DNA of 64,000 bases. Origin: Eledone cirrhosa (taxonomy: Eukaryota). Shown piece by piece: positions 13,167 to 28,019 of the stretch (position 1 is the first letter of the stretch; each line of letters opens with the position of its first letter). Where the stretch lies: positions 285,448,001 through 285,512,000 of the forward strand of contig OZ024741.1 of assembly GCA_964016885.1 (NCBI GenBank). Direction: 5' to 3'. Made by a program: the position numbers and the translations under genes. The notes beneath the pieces were generated by a model. That model was given only the letters and a program-made list of their open reading frames with translations, had not been told where the DNA came from and did no database searches.

Positions 13167-15438
13167 ATGCGAATCAAAGATTATTTTCCTATGTCTACTA
13201 AGAACATACCAATACCATCTAGGAATACGTACGAAAAATTATTGATTAATAAAGTCTACTCTTTTATCAATAGAGTGAGATGGATGACATTCCATTACGA
13301 TAGAAACCGAACAGACAAAAACAGAGATGCAAACAACACCTTATTAAACTCTTTCGAAAACGATCTAATAAAACTAGCTAAGAACATAAAGTACAGAAAA
13401 CATCATAATAGAAACAACACCTTCTTAAACACTATTAAAAGATTTAATAAAAATAATAAAATTCTAGTACATGCTGATAAAACTAATAATATATATAGCC
13501 TAGATTACGATACATAGAGAAAATTTATATATAAAGAACTACTTAGGAGCTATAAGAAAACCACTATTAAAAACCTAGATGATATAAATATAGAAAGGCA
13601 TAGTATAGTATGTAAATTAGGACTTCGGAGACATACACAGCCATACACACCTAACCCCCCTCCCGGAATAACCTGTGGGGAAATACTGGTGAAGTTATTG
13701 AAGGGTTCAATGATATTAAAGGGAATAAAAATTAAAAAAAATTATACAATTTGATATTAATTCATACTACACCTCTATTTCCCCTATCCTATTAAATAAG
13801 GCATTAATTATGGCTATGAACAATAGTGACCTTACTAGATCCCAAATTGATGTCATCCTTGCGGCCCGTAAAACCATAATTGCATTTGAAGATCAATTTT
13901 GGACCCGCAAGGACACACCTAACAACTTTGACATAACTATGGGATCTAGTGACTCGGCGCAGGTCACTGATTTGGTGGGTGTATATATCTTAAATGAAAT
14001 TCATAGGAATCTACCCTACCTCAATGGTGGTTTATACCGCGATGATGCATTACTTCTTATTGACTATAACAATTTAATATAGAAAGAACTAGGAAACAAT
14101 TACATAACATTTTCAAAAACTTCAACTTAGGTATTACCTTAGATAAAAACACTAAAAACGTCAACTTCTGTGATGCTACCCTTTGCCTGGACTCTAAAAT
14201 ATATACACCCTTTCATAAACAAAACGAAAAACTACTTTATGTAGATACCAACTCTAACCACCCTAAATCCATATTAAACTCAATTACTAAAGGAATATCA
14301 AATAGAATCTCTACTCTATCATATAATGAAACCACATTTAGCAGTAATTCACAATACTATAATGAGGCCTTAGCTAAATCAAGCCATAAAAATAAAATTA
14401 AATGTTTACCTATAAAATCACTTAGTTACAACATTATTTCTCACAATATGGCCATGAGGAAAAATATTAGAAGTACGAGCCACTATTACTCTAGTATGAA
14501 GGATAATATCAAACTTAACTCGCACCAGAATAAACACCCCATTAATAATATAAACAGAAATATAAACAATACCTCAAATAACAATAAAACAACAAAAATA
14601 GAAGAAGAACTAATACATTTTTCAATCCCCCTTTCAATCTAAACGTCTCTACCAACTTGCCTAAGGCTTTCTTCTCAATTCTAGAAAAAACTTCCCAGGC
14701 GGCCACAAATAGCATAATCTTATCAACAAAAATACTATTAAAATCTCTTACTCTACCACACCTAACATCGCGTACCATATAGCTAGTAGTAATAAAAGGA
14801 AGATTAATAATTATTTCCAACTAATTAAATCACAACAAGGGGTAAACTTACATAGCAACATGATACCAGAGGATTCTAGTAGCAATAATAGTAATAGCAA
14901 TATTGAAATTAATAACAATGAGAATGATAATCATCATTACTCTAATGCTATCCCTAACATCCATGCATCTACACAACATATTAAGCGGCAAGCAAACAAC
15001 CAGAATAACTGTAACTGTAGAACAAATAGAACTCGCCCCTTAGGTTAACATTGCTTAATCAAATACATCATTTACTCATGCACACTCAATACAAACAACT
15101 CTTCAAAAACATATATCGGTTCTACTTCTAACTGCTTCAAAACGAAATATAACTCGCATCTCCACACTTTCAAAAATCGCAATCTAGCCAACTCCATTTC
15201 TTTATCTAACTACATACACTATCTGAAAACTAAAAATAGACCATAGACACTTCAATGGGAAGTAATAGGTAACGCCGCATCGTATAAACCACCGAATAAA
15301 TCATGTAACCTCTGTCTTCTAGAGACCCGCACTATAATCTATTCTAAGCTAAACCTCTTAAATAGAAAATCAGAAATTTTCTCCATGTGCCAACACTACC
15401 ACCGACACTCTGTCCACAACTTTAAGCCTAGCTGCTAG
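13167..15438 (+). pseudogene. PLE reverse transcriptase plus C-terminal GIY-YIG endonuclease (disrupted)
   Basis: STKNIPIPS..RVRW, ADKT, QFDINSYYTSI, ITMGSSDSA, GLYRDD, SNHP, NCNCR..PL, IIYSC..TYIG and CNLCLLE motifs, with many stops and frameshifts. Confidence 0.88.
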
Positions 15439-16327
15439 TATATAACAATGTCAGATCTGGATCCCTCACCACCATTAACACTTTACCGCTAAGTTTTATC
15501 AGCATAACATTCTATGATCAGCTCATTACTCTACTTACCTCATATTTATCTCAAATATTATACTCTACAATAACTATTAAGAATAAACATAAAGTTACCA
15601 CCATTTAATATAACTAATATAGCTTACTTATATTTTATTCAGTAATGGATAGCTAATAATATAATGAGACCTTTAATGTATTATAGGAAAATAGATTGTA
15701 TTTAAAATTAAATATATAAATAAATAGAATTATATAAAAGGGATTCACTTATAACATAATATAATGTATATTAGCACAAGGAATTTAACTAATTGGAGCT
15801 GAGAACAACTATATATTTTTTATATTACACGTATATACAAATTAATCGCTAATTACCTCCCCTTTCACGTTAGCTCTCCTTAATATAGATCTCTAACTCA
15901 CTTCCGGAAATTAAACTGTTAGAAGGATCACTCTAGAACAACTGGAACCCTGGATAAGAGTCTAATAGGACCAATATACAATCCATAGTTGTAACCACTT
16001 ATAAACATTCACTAAAATATAACCAATGTAATGGAAAAGAAAACAATAATATTAATACTCGCAACACATGCACATTTGAACATTACAGGAACAATTATCA
16101 CACTATATCCACCATAAACTTCATAGAAACTACTTTTAATACACAAACATCTTTGTCTGCTTAATATGCTTGTAAACCTGTGTTATATTATGTGATACCT
16201 TTGCCATACTGTAATATATATGCCTAGTACCATTGCTTGTTTCCTACCTAGCCATCCTGTACATGCCTAACACATTTGCACTCTCCATACGCTTGCATAT
16301 GTACTGCTAATGTCCTCGTTTTGCGAG

Positions 16328-16373
16328 TGCTCCGATGATTCCAAACGAAGTTTGGAAGAAACGATTGTCAGCG
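16328..16373 (+). ncRNA. Minimal hammerhead motif (U4C core variant) in PLE1 pLTR, with copies at 12895-12941(+) and 11190-11236(-)
   Basis: tgct-CCGATGA-ttccaaac-gaa-gtttggaa-GAA-ac-gatt-gt-C-agcg. Confidence 0.7.
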
Positions 16374-16587
16374 ATAAAATGTTTTGAACATAGTTTTGAT
16401 TATTGTGTAATTTATGGTCCTGCTCTGTAAAACATCTGGTGTGTTTACATTGAGCTATTTTTTTTACTGGTAATAAGGTAGTAATGAATTACTGACCTTT
16501 CCTGTTTATAATTATATATAGTGTATATATAAGTATAAATAATATTATTATTATTATGATTATTATAATATATATATATATATATAT

Positions 16588-18662
16588 TATAAAGAAAACG
16601 AAAATTCAGTGATGCATCTGGACTTAGTTTATTTCGTGTTACAAATGTTTCGCCGGCATGTAGCTCGAGTCATGGTCCTTGTTTGGATCTGGCTGATTCT
16701 AATTCTGCGGGTTCTTTAAGACACGGGTGTTACGTCCGGAGCAAATTTTATCACTGGGGTGTCATCATAAAAAGAACAAACATCCTCAAAAAACCCTAAT
16801 CCCACTCTTGTCATGCCATTGGCTGTTTTTACTCCAAGTCTTCACAAGTTCTGGTCAGTATATGCTGCCGCACGGTTCATCACCCATTTTCCGTCAGACA
16901 CATTTCAATGGAGTCATGCTGCGTTCAGCACGTTTGCTCACACTTCAGAGTAAGCACCCACACATACTAGAATACACACATAAAAACACACTTACCTGCA
17001 GACATATACCTATCTATGCATTCACACTCGTACGCCTACATGCTCAGACACACACACACCCACATACATACATCGCAGTAGAGCGGGCACACAGTGTCCC
17101 CTACAGGGAAAATGCTTAATGAAAGACTTGATATACAAGTGTGTGGTTACAACCCAGAATGCGCATCGAACCTACATAGGCGCAACATCCACGACCTTTA
17201 AATCGCGGATGTATAATCACAGGAATTCATTCAGGGACCGTAGTAAACGGCACTCCACTAGGTTAGCGGACCTCGTGTGGGACATGAAAGACCACGGCAC
17301 TCCATACGCCCTGGAATGGAGTATCGTTCGCCATGCGAGTGCATATTCGGCCGGAAGTAGAAAGTGCCGATTGTGCCTACACGAGGCGATGGAGATAGTC
17401 AGACTGAAGGATGACGCAGTCAACCTGAAGTCTGAAATTATCATGACATGCAGACACCAGAGAAGATGCACATTTGCAGCACGGAATCCGCCGGGTGACG
17501 CAGGCAGGGGGCATGGGAATGAGAACGCACAGACCCGATTGGTCAAGCGGGATTAGGGGACCTGACGACATGCCATGATAACGATGTCCGACTCGTGGGG
17601 CAATCATATGTAAACCGGGTGCGCACGTGACCGGGCATATAACATCGGAAGATACACCGCATGGGCCGGGACCGGCTGACACGGGGCCCACTGCCGCCCG
17701 GACCTGTGCAATAAACGTATAGAACAGCACACCCCAACCACGGTACCATGCCCCATGGCGACCGTGACGGGCGTCACATTGAATGTGTACACCGTCAATC
17801 GTGACTATATACTCTACACCTGTTCCACTTTGGAACAGTGATTATTAATATCATCATTGTTCTATCATTGTTCTGTTACTGTTACCTGTTCTATACACGG
17901 ACACAAGTTTGCATCTCATAATACCTGTGTGTAGTATATCGCATGAACGCACGCACCTTCTCCTATACCCCCCACCCCCGTTTTTTCTTTTTGATTTTAC
18001 CCGTTCCTTTATTTTACCCCCTCTTTTCTTTTCTTTTCGAGTACCTATTTATGCAGTTACATACAGATTTTAATGTACCCAAAAATATTGTAAATTTATT
18101 TATGTATTTTATTTTATTATCATGTGTTTATGTACACGAGTTTTTATGTGTGGACATGTGTGTGGGTATATATGCGTGTGTGTGTGAGTAGATGCGTATG
18201 TATATATATATACGTGGGTGGGTGTTGGGGTATGTGTATGGGCATGGGTGCGTGTGTGCATGAGCTTATACGCGCCTGTATGTGCAGACATGTGCATATA
18301 TATACTTATGTGGCGGAATGTGGGTGTATGATTGTGTGGGTGTGTGTATATGTGTATCTGGGTGCAGGTGCGTGCATTTGCGGGCCTCTATATGTGTATA
18401 TATGTATTTGTGCATACAAGTATGTGTTTATGTGCATCTCATAAGAATGTGTGCGGATGATTATATATGGACTATATATGCTTTTTTTATTATTACTATT
18501 ATTCTTGTTGCATTATTTTATCACATTCCCTCTATATATATCCGTATATATCCGTATATGTATGTATGAGTCCGTGTACGTATGTGTGTGTATATATACA
18601 TATATGTACATATATACGTGTGTATATATATGTATAATAGGGGGAGAGAGAGATATATACAT

Positions 18663-18730
<68 letters not shown>

Positions 18731-19035
18731 TATGTATATTATATTACATTGTATATATATATATTTTTTAAATTTAACTATAATTTACCGTTATTATACT
18801 GTTTCTATTGCATAATGTATTTTTAACTGTTCACTTACAGGTGTGTTTCTATATGTATATGTGGTGGCACTTTTGTGTGTGTAGGCAGACGTGCATGCGT
18901 GCAGGTGTATGCATGTGGCAACACGTATGCGTATGCATGTGTAGATGTATGTATATCGGCATATGCGTGGGTATCTGTGTGTATATGTGTGGATGTCCGT
19001 ACGCATGTTAAGTTGTCCCTTTTCTTTTGTGTGTA

Positions 19036-19067
<32 letters not shown>

Positions 19068-19283
19068 AATATATATATATATGTGTGTGTGTATGTGCGT
19101 GTGTAGGTAATGTTTATGTACGTATGTGTATTCGTATGTATGTGTGGACATGTGTGAGTATACATTTATATATATACGTGTGTGTATGCATGTATGTGTT
19201 TATATATATATATATGTATACACATGTGTGTATATATGTATGTATGTGTATGTATGTGTGTATATAAATATGTGTGTGTATGA

Positions 19284-19362
<79 letters not shown>

Positions 19363-19955
19363 AATGTATAGAAGGCTGGGCGTATGTGTATGTGCGTGCG
19401 GATGTATGTATATATGTGTACGTTTGAGTAGGATATGATTATCCTAATGATACAGAGCGCGAAGTAAACAACCGTCAGATGGCTTGTGGCGATATGTATC
19501 ACAAGTGGGTGTGACTGGGTCCGTGGAAGTGAGGGAGAGAGGGTGTGTGTGTTTTTATGTGTGTATTCTAGTATGTGTGGGTGCTTACTCTGAAGTGTGA
19601 GCAGACGTGTGAAGTACTGAACCCAGCATGACTCCATTGAAATGTGTCGGACGGAAAATGGTTGATGAACCGTGTGGCAGCAGATACTGACCAGAACTTG
19701 TGATGACGTGGAGTAAGAACAGCCAATGGCGTGACAAGAGTGGATTTAGAGTTTTTTGAGGGTGTCTTTTTGATGATAATACCCCAGTGATAAAATTTGC
19801 TCCGGACGTAACACCCGTGTCTTAAAGAACCTGCAGAAGTAGAATCAGCCAGATCCATACAAGGACCATGACTCGAGCTACATGCCGGCGAAACATTTGT
19901 AACACGAAATAAACTAAGTCCAGATGCTTCACTGGTTTTTCGTTTTGTTTATAAT
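16588..19955 (+). mobile_element. Penelope-like element 2, 5'-truncated, with ~400-bp inverted terminal arms
   Basis: 16588-16990 is the reverse complement of ~19548-19955. GIY-YIG remnant inside, (TA)n flanks. Confidence 0.85.
17119..17556 (+). pseudogene. GIY-YIG endonuclease domain of PLE2
   Basis: LIYKC...TYIGATSTTFKSRMYNHRNSF...STRLADLVWDMK...W...CRLCLHE...NLKSE...CRH. Confidence 0.85.
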
Positions 19956-20035
19956 ATCTACACTCTACTCTGATGAATATCGAGTGCTAATTTTGGCATA
20001 CCGCCTATGGAAGCACCATAACTACCACTATACAC

Positions 20036-20100
<65 letters not shown>

Positions 20101-20257
20101 GTAGAAGCTCTTCTATATTATAACTTTTATACTCTGCTATATATTGAGTACTCTGGTGCGTTATGGTCCATCTGGGATCTCACCACACCTTTGTTATATT
20201 TATATATATATATATATATATCTATATATATATTTATATATATATATATATATATAT

Positions 20258-21030
20258 AAGTATGTATACGTACATACATATATGTATACAGACATACAGT
20301 AGTATGTATATATATATACATACATGCACACATATATACATGTACGTATGGATTTACCGACCATTTATTATAATGCTCGGTTTGTTTGTAAACAAACATC
20401 CCGAATTAAGCCGTACAGTGTTTAGCAACAATCGTTGGCCATTTGTTCAACAGTGACAAAGGAACGATGTGCTAGTTTCAAGCTTATTAGCTAACGTCAG
20501 CACCGTATACCTTCCTGCCAGATGATTGAACGTCTGAAAGTATATACTTTCCTTATGCCGTACTCAGAGTGAGAAATGAAATTTCGTTTCATTTTTTCCA
20601 TTTATTGTCTTCGGTGCGCCCGGCCGATTAACTCACTCGATATGCAAATTAGGCTGCTCAGCCGTTAATATGCATAAAGAAAGTATATACTTTAAGACAT
20701 TCAATCATCTGGCAGGAAGGTATACGGTGCTGGCGATAGCTAATAAGCTTGAAACTAGTACAGCGTTCCTTTGTCAGTGTTGAACAAAAGGGCAACGATG
20801 GTTGCTAAACACTGTACGGCTTAATTCGGGATGTTTGTTTACAAACAAACCGAGCATTATAATAAATGCTCGGTAAATCCATACGTACGTATATATATAT
20901 GTGTGCATGTATGTATATATATACATACTACTGTACGTCTGTATACATATATGTATGTACGTATACATACTTATATTTAAGTAACAGCCGTACTAAGAGT
21001 GAGAAATAAAATTTAGTTTCATTTTTTCCA
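20258..21030. mobile_element. Non-coding HHR fold-back element of the 430-nt unit family (decayed copy)
   Basis: Inverted arms ~20258-20555 and ~20662-20972. Unit start repeated at 20557 and 20987. HHR copies at 20465-20505(-) and 20725-20765(+) each carry a core mutation. Homologous to 59209-60451. Confidence 0.85.
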
Positions 21031-21360
21031 TATATATATATATATACACACACACACTCACACATATATATATATATATATATGTACATATATACACACA
21101 CACACATATATATATATATGTGTGTGTGTGTGTATATATAAATATATATATATGCGTGAATGGGTATCTCTGTGTGAACGTATCTGCCTTTATTGTTCCT
21201 TTACTTGTCGTTAATGATCTCGAATATTACTTGGATGTACTCTAGATACAAGATGATAGTATTCATTGAGTGCTTCGTAGTACCAAGAAACTGTTGCTAT
21301 TGGACTGTCTATTATTGATATAATCTGTCAGTCGCAAATCTTGCTAGAACACTTGGAATT

Positions 21361-21470
21361 AAATCAGAAGGCATGGAATTATATCAGAAAGAATGTAATT
21401 ATATCAGAAGGCCTGGAATTATATAAGAAGGAATGGAAGTATATCATAAGGCATGGAATTGTATCAGATA
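21361..21470. repeat. 20-bp minisatellite (atcagaaggcatggaattat), about 5 copies
   Basis: Direct read. Confidence 0.8.
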
Positions 21471-22114
21471 TCGAACAAAAATCATGGCTACAATACCGCT
21501 AATCGATCACACTGGACTAGTACTATAGTTAACAATTTCGAAAGATTAAGGAGTTAAATTGACCTTCACTAGAGTTGAAATAAGAGAGTCTGAAAAATGA
21601 TCGTTGATTTTAATCCAATGTTTTATCGTCTCCGTCAATTTGCCAGTGCATGTTATATGAGTTCATATACTCCGCACGAGTCTCTCTCTTTGAACGATTT
21701 ATGCCATGTGCCCCTGATTTAACTCCACATGATGTAGATACTTGAATTTCTTGCAAAGATTAAATTTTATTGAAATCATTTGTCTTCTTTCTTTTGTTTT
21801 GGTACGCTTTCTTAGTATTCCCTATTTTTGTTCATATTCTTGGTGAAGGTATTCAGTATCATGATGATCATAATCATCAAGATCTTCAGTAACATGACAG
21901 TCATCATTACGATCACCACCACCACCGTAATCATCACCATCATCAACATCGTGGTTGTCATTATTAATATTCATCATCCATCCATATCATCATTCTTATT
22001 ATCATCCATCTCCTCCTCAACATCACAAACAGACCCTCTAACTTCATCACCATCACCATCAGAATATAATTCTTATATTTCCATAATATTCATTGCTGTT
22101 ATTATTATTAATCT

Positions 22115-22310
22115 GCTGGGTTGGCAGTATCGGTAGTGGGTCAGACAACATGCTTTGCGGCATTGAGTTACGACTCTTTACGTTTTGAGTTCAAATCCCG
22201 TCGAAGTTAACTTTGCCTTTCATCCTTGCGGGGTCGATGACATAAAGTACTGGGGTCGATTTATTCAACTTCCCCTCCCCAAAATTGCTGGCCTTGTGCT
22301 AGAAATCATT
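22115..22310 (+). mobile_element. tRNA-derived SINE
   Basis: ttggcagtatcggtag...gagttcaaatcccg...aactttgcctttcatcc..ggggtcgat..aagtactgg. Confidence 0.75.
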
Positions 22311-22669
22311 ATTCTGCTTATCACATTCCAGATATTTTTCTTGCTGTTCTGACTCCTTACATATTGTTTCCTCTTCCTTTTCTCTTCCACCTCCATTACC
22401 AGTAATGCACTGGGTAATTGCTGGCCTTGTGCCTAAAGTAGAAACAATTATATATTTTCTCGTTCTTCTTATTCCTCCCACTAACACATTCCACACTGCC
22501 ACCCCTACCACCCCCACTACCACCCCCACTACCACCCCCACCATCGCCACTGTCGTCACCGTCAGTGCTTTTTATACTTCATTCAACACATTAATAACAT
22601 CCTCCATTTGTTCTGCGACCCTTGCTATATCGTCTTTCTCCTCACCCCAGTCAGGGCACATATGACATA

Positions 22670-23000
22670 ACGACGACAACAATGACAACCATAACTACTA
22701 TCATCAATATCCATTCCACCAACAGAACTTCCACATCACCACCACACCACTACCACCACAACCACACCACTACCACCACCAGAACTACGACCACAATTAC
22801 AAACATTACCAGCAGAAGCATCAATACAAGCACCAACACCACTATCACCATTACTAGCTACACCAGCACCCCACCACCACTATTACCACCAACACTAACA
22901 GCAGCAACAGCACCACGGGCACAATCAGAACCACAGCCACCAACACTAGTACAACAAGAACGACGACCACCACCATCCAGCAAGAAATACTACCATCACT
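22670..23000. repeat. (ACC/ACA)-rich low-complexity tract
   Basis: Degenerate trinucleotide repeats. Confidence 0.8.
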
Positions 23001-23154
23001 ATATGATGGTTCCAAAAGACAGGGCATCGTTATATCATTTCAGAGTAGGCTTTTGTCACTCCTCCTCAAATATCAAATTGATAATCAGCGAAAATGCTTC
23101 GATAACAACGTATGTGTGTGCTGCTTCAGTGTATGAATGCACACACACACACAC

Positions 23155-23284
<130 letters not shown>

Positions 23285-23345
23285 GCATGTACATTAATAC
23301 ACCGAAATACACACACACACACACATATACATATATATATATATG

Positions 23346-23405
<60 letters not shown>

Positions 23406-25545
23406 CGCGCGTGTGTGCATTTATGTATGTTGTTATGCATATGAGTATCTCTTTAGTGAAATACCGCCGTTTCTGATTTCACGTATTTATATCAAACACA
23501 TCTCCTAATGACTTCGCTGTAATATATATTCTTATTGCTTCTCTTCGTTGTGCTATCTTCGTTTATTGCTCCTGTAATTGTCAGTCTTGGTGGTTTTTTT
23601 TGTTGTTGTCGTTTACGTGTACTGCCGTTATTGCTGTTGCTATGGGGCAGATGTCCAATCGGTTATAGTAGAGAAAAAACAAATAAAATCGTCGATGGTT
23701 CGTCATCTGAAATCAGAATTGTAAAGTGACGAAGACAAAAGGAATTAGTAGATATCGGCTGGGTTCATTTAGTTACAAGTACGTACTGTAAGATATATAT
23801 TTATATTGTAAGCTGCTGAAGCACAATATTATTGAAATGTGCATATATTTCCTGTGGTGCTGATTTCATTCCTCGTGTGGGTATAACAACCTGCTTCTAC
23901 TGTTGTTATTCATTATTGTGATGGCTTTGGGTTGGCAAAATCATTAGAACGTCGGACTGTATAATCGACTTTCCCCTCCTCTCAAATTGCTAGCCTTGTG
24001 TCTATATTAGAAGCAACCATTCACTGTTGTTGGTTTCTAATTGAAGCCAATTTTGGAAGAAGTCGTAAGTCGATTAAATTGACCCCAGTATATGACTGGT
24101 AAAATAAACTACCAGTCACATGCAGAGATTGATATAATTAAATCAGAAATTATCATACAATAGTGCTTAATTTTGTGGTTATTCTTCTGGCTGGTGTGTT
24201 TATTGTCGTCAACGTTGATATTGTTGGTAACATTTAGATACAAGTCAGATGAAATGATTCTATGATTAAGACGTTTAAGTAGTGACGATCCTATCATTTA
24301 TTCAGACAGCGTTTTATTTTAGTTTTATAAACCAGTAGAGTATGATTTGAGGGAAACAAATTGATGTGAATGGCATAGTTAACAAAATCAACACCATTAC
24401 TTGACTCATACTTTATTTTATCGACCCTGGAAAAATGGATTACAAAGCTGATCTCGGTGGGACATATACTCATCATATAAAGAACAAATATTGTAACGAC
24501 ATTTTAAACGACGGTCTGCTAATTCTACGAATCAACCACCCTTATGAGTTCAGTAATATTCCCTTAACTTTTCTCACAGGCACATGCTTAATGGTTTGAT
24601 GGTTTAAAAGCGTAGTTTATTGAAATGGTCGGAAGGATAACTATTGGAGAATATCCTGAGAAAGTTAACGCCAGTGTGATTTGGATTCAGAAAAATGATA
24701 CCGGGAAATTTGGATACAATAAAACATTCAGTTATGTAAGTTCACTGTTATTGGTCAAATATAAAGCAACTGTGGACCCTGTAGCGTTTTGAATGGCACA
24801 CCTAATTTCAAAATTGCCTTGAATCTTTTTAGTAGCGCGGCCCGTCTTAAGATTGCCAAATCCTGATATAAACTAAACTTATGTAGACTAAAGTTGACTA
24901 AACAAATTATAAACATAACAATGCAACGAGGGTGTTAGGAACTGAGCGAAACGGCATTTGGGATTTTTGATGTAGGAAAGCATTTTGTCATGCATCTAAA
25001 TGGGTTAACAAAGCTCTTATCTCAGACAATGCATTTCTTAGAGTTAATACTTTCTTTGAGTGAATTAAGGCGGATATTATTATTCTGTCAGTAGTGGCCG
25101 ACAGTGGAAATATCCTAATTCTCGATGACATTATCATTCCATTAGGCATGCGTTAATTTAAATGCAATTATTAGAAATAAAGAATCTATGACTTGCTTTG
25201 AGACCAGCAGTCTAGTTTCTGAAATCTAAATCATACAATTACAAACATTCGGCATATGTCAGATCAATTTTAATTTGAGTCTATTACATTTTCTCTACTT
25301 CTACCACATTCACAAAACTTAATTTCTAAGATGCGTACATTTTTCTTTCTTTCTTTTTTTTCTGTATCTTTTACTCATTTACTTTTCATCTCATTTCACT
25401 TTCCATTGTTCATCAATCAAGTCCCCACGTTTAATCCTTTCTCTTCTTTTACTTACCCCTATACTAATCTATCTGTCATTTTATCTTCCTCTCTTCTATA
25501 TATACGTATATATATATATATATATATCGTTGACCAGTATACGTA

Positions 25546-25626
<81 letters not shown>

Positions 25627-25635
25627 ATATATATG

Positions 25636-25666
<31 letters not shown>

Positions 25667-25667
25667 G

Positions 25668-25742
<75 letters not shown>

Positions 25743-25746
25743 TTAT

Positions 25747-26424
25747 TTATTAAAATAACAGATTAAAGTTTAAGCAAAGAATCGCTGCTTTCACCCTTAA
25801 CGGGATCTTCTGAAACTAACAAAGTCAATCTGTAAACGCAGAAGTGGATATTTCAAAAAACGTTGCAACCGGAGGAAGACAGGAAGACGATACTTTGGTT
25901 CGTGGAAACGTTCCCTATGCAAATAAGTAATGGTATAAACATAACATATACTTAGCTACCACATGAAGACGTAAAATATCCACGTATAGATCGTACTATC
26001 CGTTAGGGTATAATGTGGAGCTGTAATACAGGAAAGTGTTGTGCAATTTATGTTTACAAGCTCCACATTATACCCTAACGGATAGTACGATCTACACGTG
26101 GATATTTTACGTCTTGATGTGGTAGCCAAGTATATGTTATGTTTATACCATTACTTATTTGCATAGGGAACGTTTCCACGAACCAAAGTATCATCTTCCT
26201 GTCTTCCTCCGGTTGCAACGTTTTTTGAAATATCCACTTCTGCGTTTACAGATTGACTTTGTTAGTATCAGAAGATCCCGTTAAGGGGGAAAGCAGCGAT
26301 TCTTTGCTTAAACTTTAATCTGTTATTTTAATAATTTTTTGCTCTACGGTTCTTATATATTTGATATATATTTATCCTTATCGAGCCCTCTTTGGATTTT
26401 AGTCTTCAAATTTATTATTATTAC

Positions 26425-26425
<1 letters not shown>
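25747..26425. mobile_element. ORF-less fold-back derivative of the PLE4 pLTR (two HHR motifs)
   Basis: Arms ~25747-26023 and ~26059-26333, plus tail 26334-26425. Sequence matches 45222-45318 joined to 46346-46603. HHRs at 25767-25817(-) and 26264-26314(+). Confidence 0.9.
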
Positions 26426-26457
<32 letters not shown>

Positions 26458-26485
26458 ATACATATATACATATATAAATATATAA

Positions 26486-26515
<30 letters not shown>

Positions 26516-26524
<9 letters not shown>

Positions 26525-26998
26525 TAAACAAATAATGAATAAACAATGAAACAGTTCCTTATATTAAACAAAAAAAGTTCATTATTTAACGATCGTTTCT
26601 AGGATATATATGTGTTAGAATTGGCATGCATATTCAACAGATCTATGTACAAAATTATACAAAATTATACAAACTATCAAGATTAAATATACATACCAAC
26701 ACATATATACGCCGTCTTCAGAAATAATGAAATATATTTATTGATAATAACAACAATTCAAAATTTCAGGTCCGTTTGGGAACAAAATTGACCAATGAAA
26801 ATAGAAAATTTGTAAGCGTGTATGTATGAATATATATGTAGGTAGGTGTATATATGTTTGGGTATTTATATCTGAATATAAAAATACATATATGCGCATG
26901 CAAATAAGAATGTAAGATTGTGTGTGTATATATATGTGGGTATGTATGTGTATATGTGTATATATGCATGTGTATATATATGTGTATGTGTATGTGTG

Positions 26999-27063
<65 letters not shown>

Positions 27064-27314
27064 ATGTATGTATGTATATGTGTGTATGTATATATATGTA
27101 TGTCTCTCTATTTATATGTCTATCTTCGTATCTATGTGGATATATGTGTGTGTGTGCATGTATACACATATATGTGTTTATGTGTATATGTGTGTATGTG
27201 TATATATGTGTGTGTACACACACATATATATGTGAGTGTGTATATGTGTGTGTGTATATGTATGTGTATATATATATATATATATATCTATGTGTGTATA
27301 TATGTCTATATTCG

Positions 27315-27363
<49 letters not shown>

Positions 27364-27576
27364 TATTTATTATTATAATATAACTTATGTGTATGTGTGT
27401 ATATGTGAGGGTGTGTATGTGTATATATATGTGTATATATATGTGTAAAAAAATATATATGTGCATGTCTGTTTTTTATGTGTGTGTATATATATATATG
27501 TGTATATATATGTATATGTGGGTGTTTGTATGTGTATTTATGGTTGTATGTGTGTGTGGGTATATATATATAAGTG

Positions 27577-27607
<31 letters not shown>

Positions 27608-27976
27608 GTGTATATATATCTCTATTAATGCGTGTATATATGTATATGTATATGCCTTTTTCTTTGTATGTCTGCGTTGGGTGAGGGTGTAGTGGTGTTT
27701 CTATGTATATACGCATATATGGATGCGTATGTATTTGTATATATGAGTATATGTAAGTGCGTATGTATGTATGATTATATATCTAATTCTATGTATGAGT
27801 ATATATGTGTGTATGTATGTTGTGTGTGTATGTATGTATATGTCTATGTGTGTATATATATATGTATGTATGTGTGTGTATGACTATATATGTATGTGTG
27901 TATGTGTGTATGTGTATATATATCTATGTGTGTGTACATGTATGTATGTGTATGTATGTGTATGTGTGTATATGTG

Positions 27977-28019
<43 letters not shown>

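Larger units (their letters stand above)
11146..16555 (+). mobile_element. Penelope-like element 1: inverted partial pLTR, pLTR, decayed RT/GIY-YIG ORF, pLTR
   Basis: 11146-11768 is the reverse complement of ~12360-12983. 11772-13122 (interrupted by a SINE) is a direct copy of ~15541-16555. ORF remnants lie at 13167-15435. Confidence 0.9.

Noticed and set aside
19970-20030. ctgatga motif after PLE2
   Set aside because: No compatible GAAA, stem III or stem I downstream.
25747-26425. Long palindromes as DNA-transposon MITEs or assembly artefacts
   Set aside because: The arms match PLE pLTRs, have asymmetric tails and differ by substitutions. Artefact is not fully excluded for the near-identical 26.5/29.1 kb arms.
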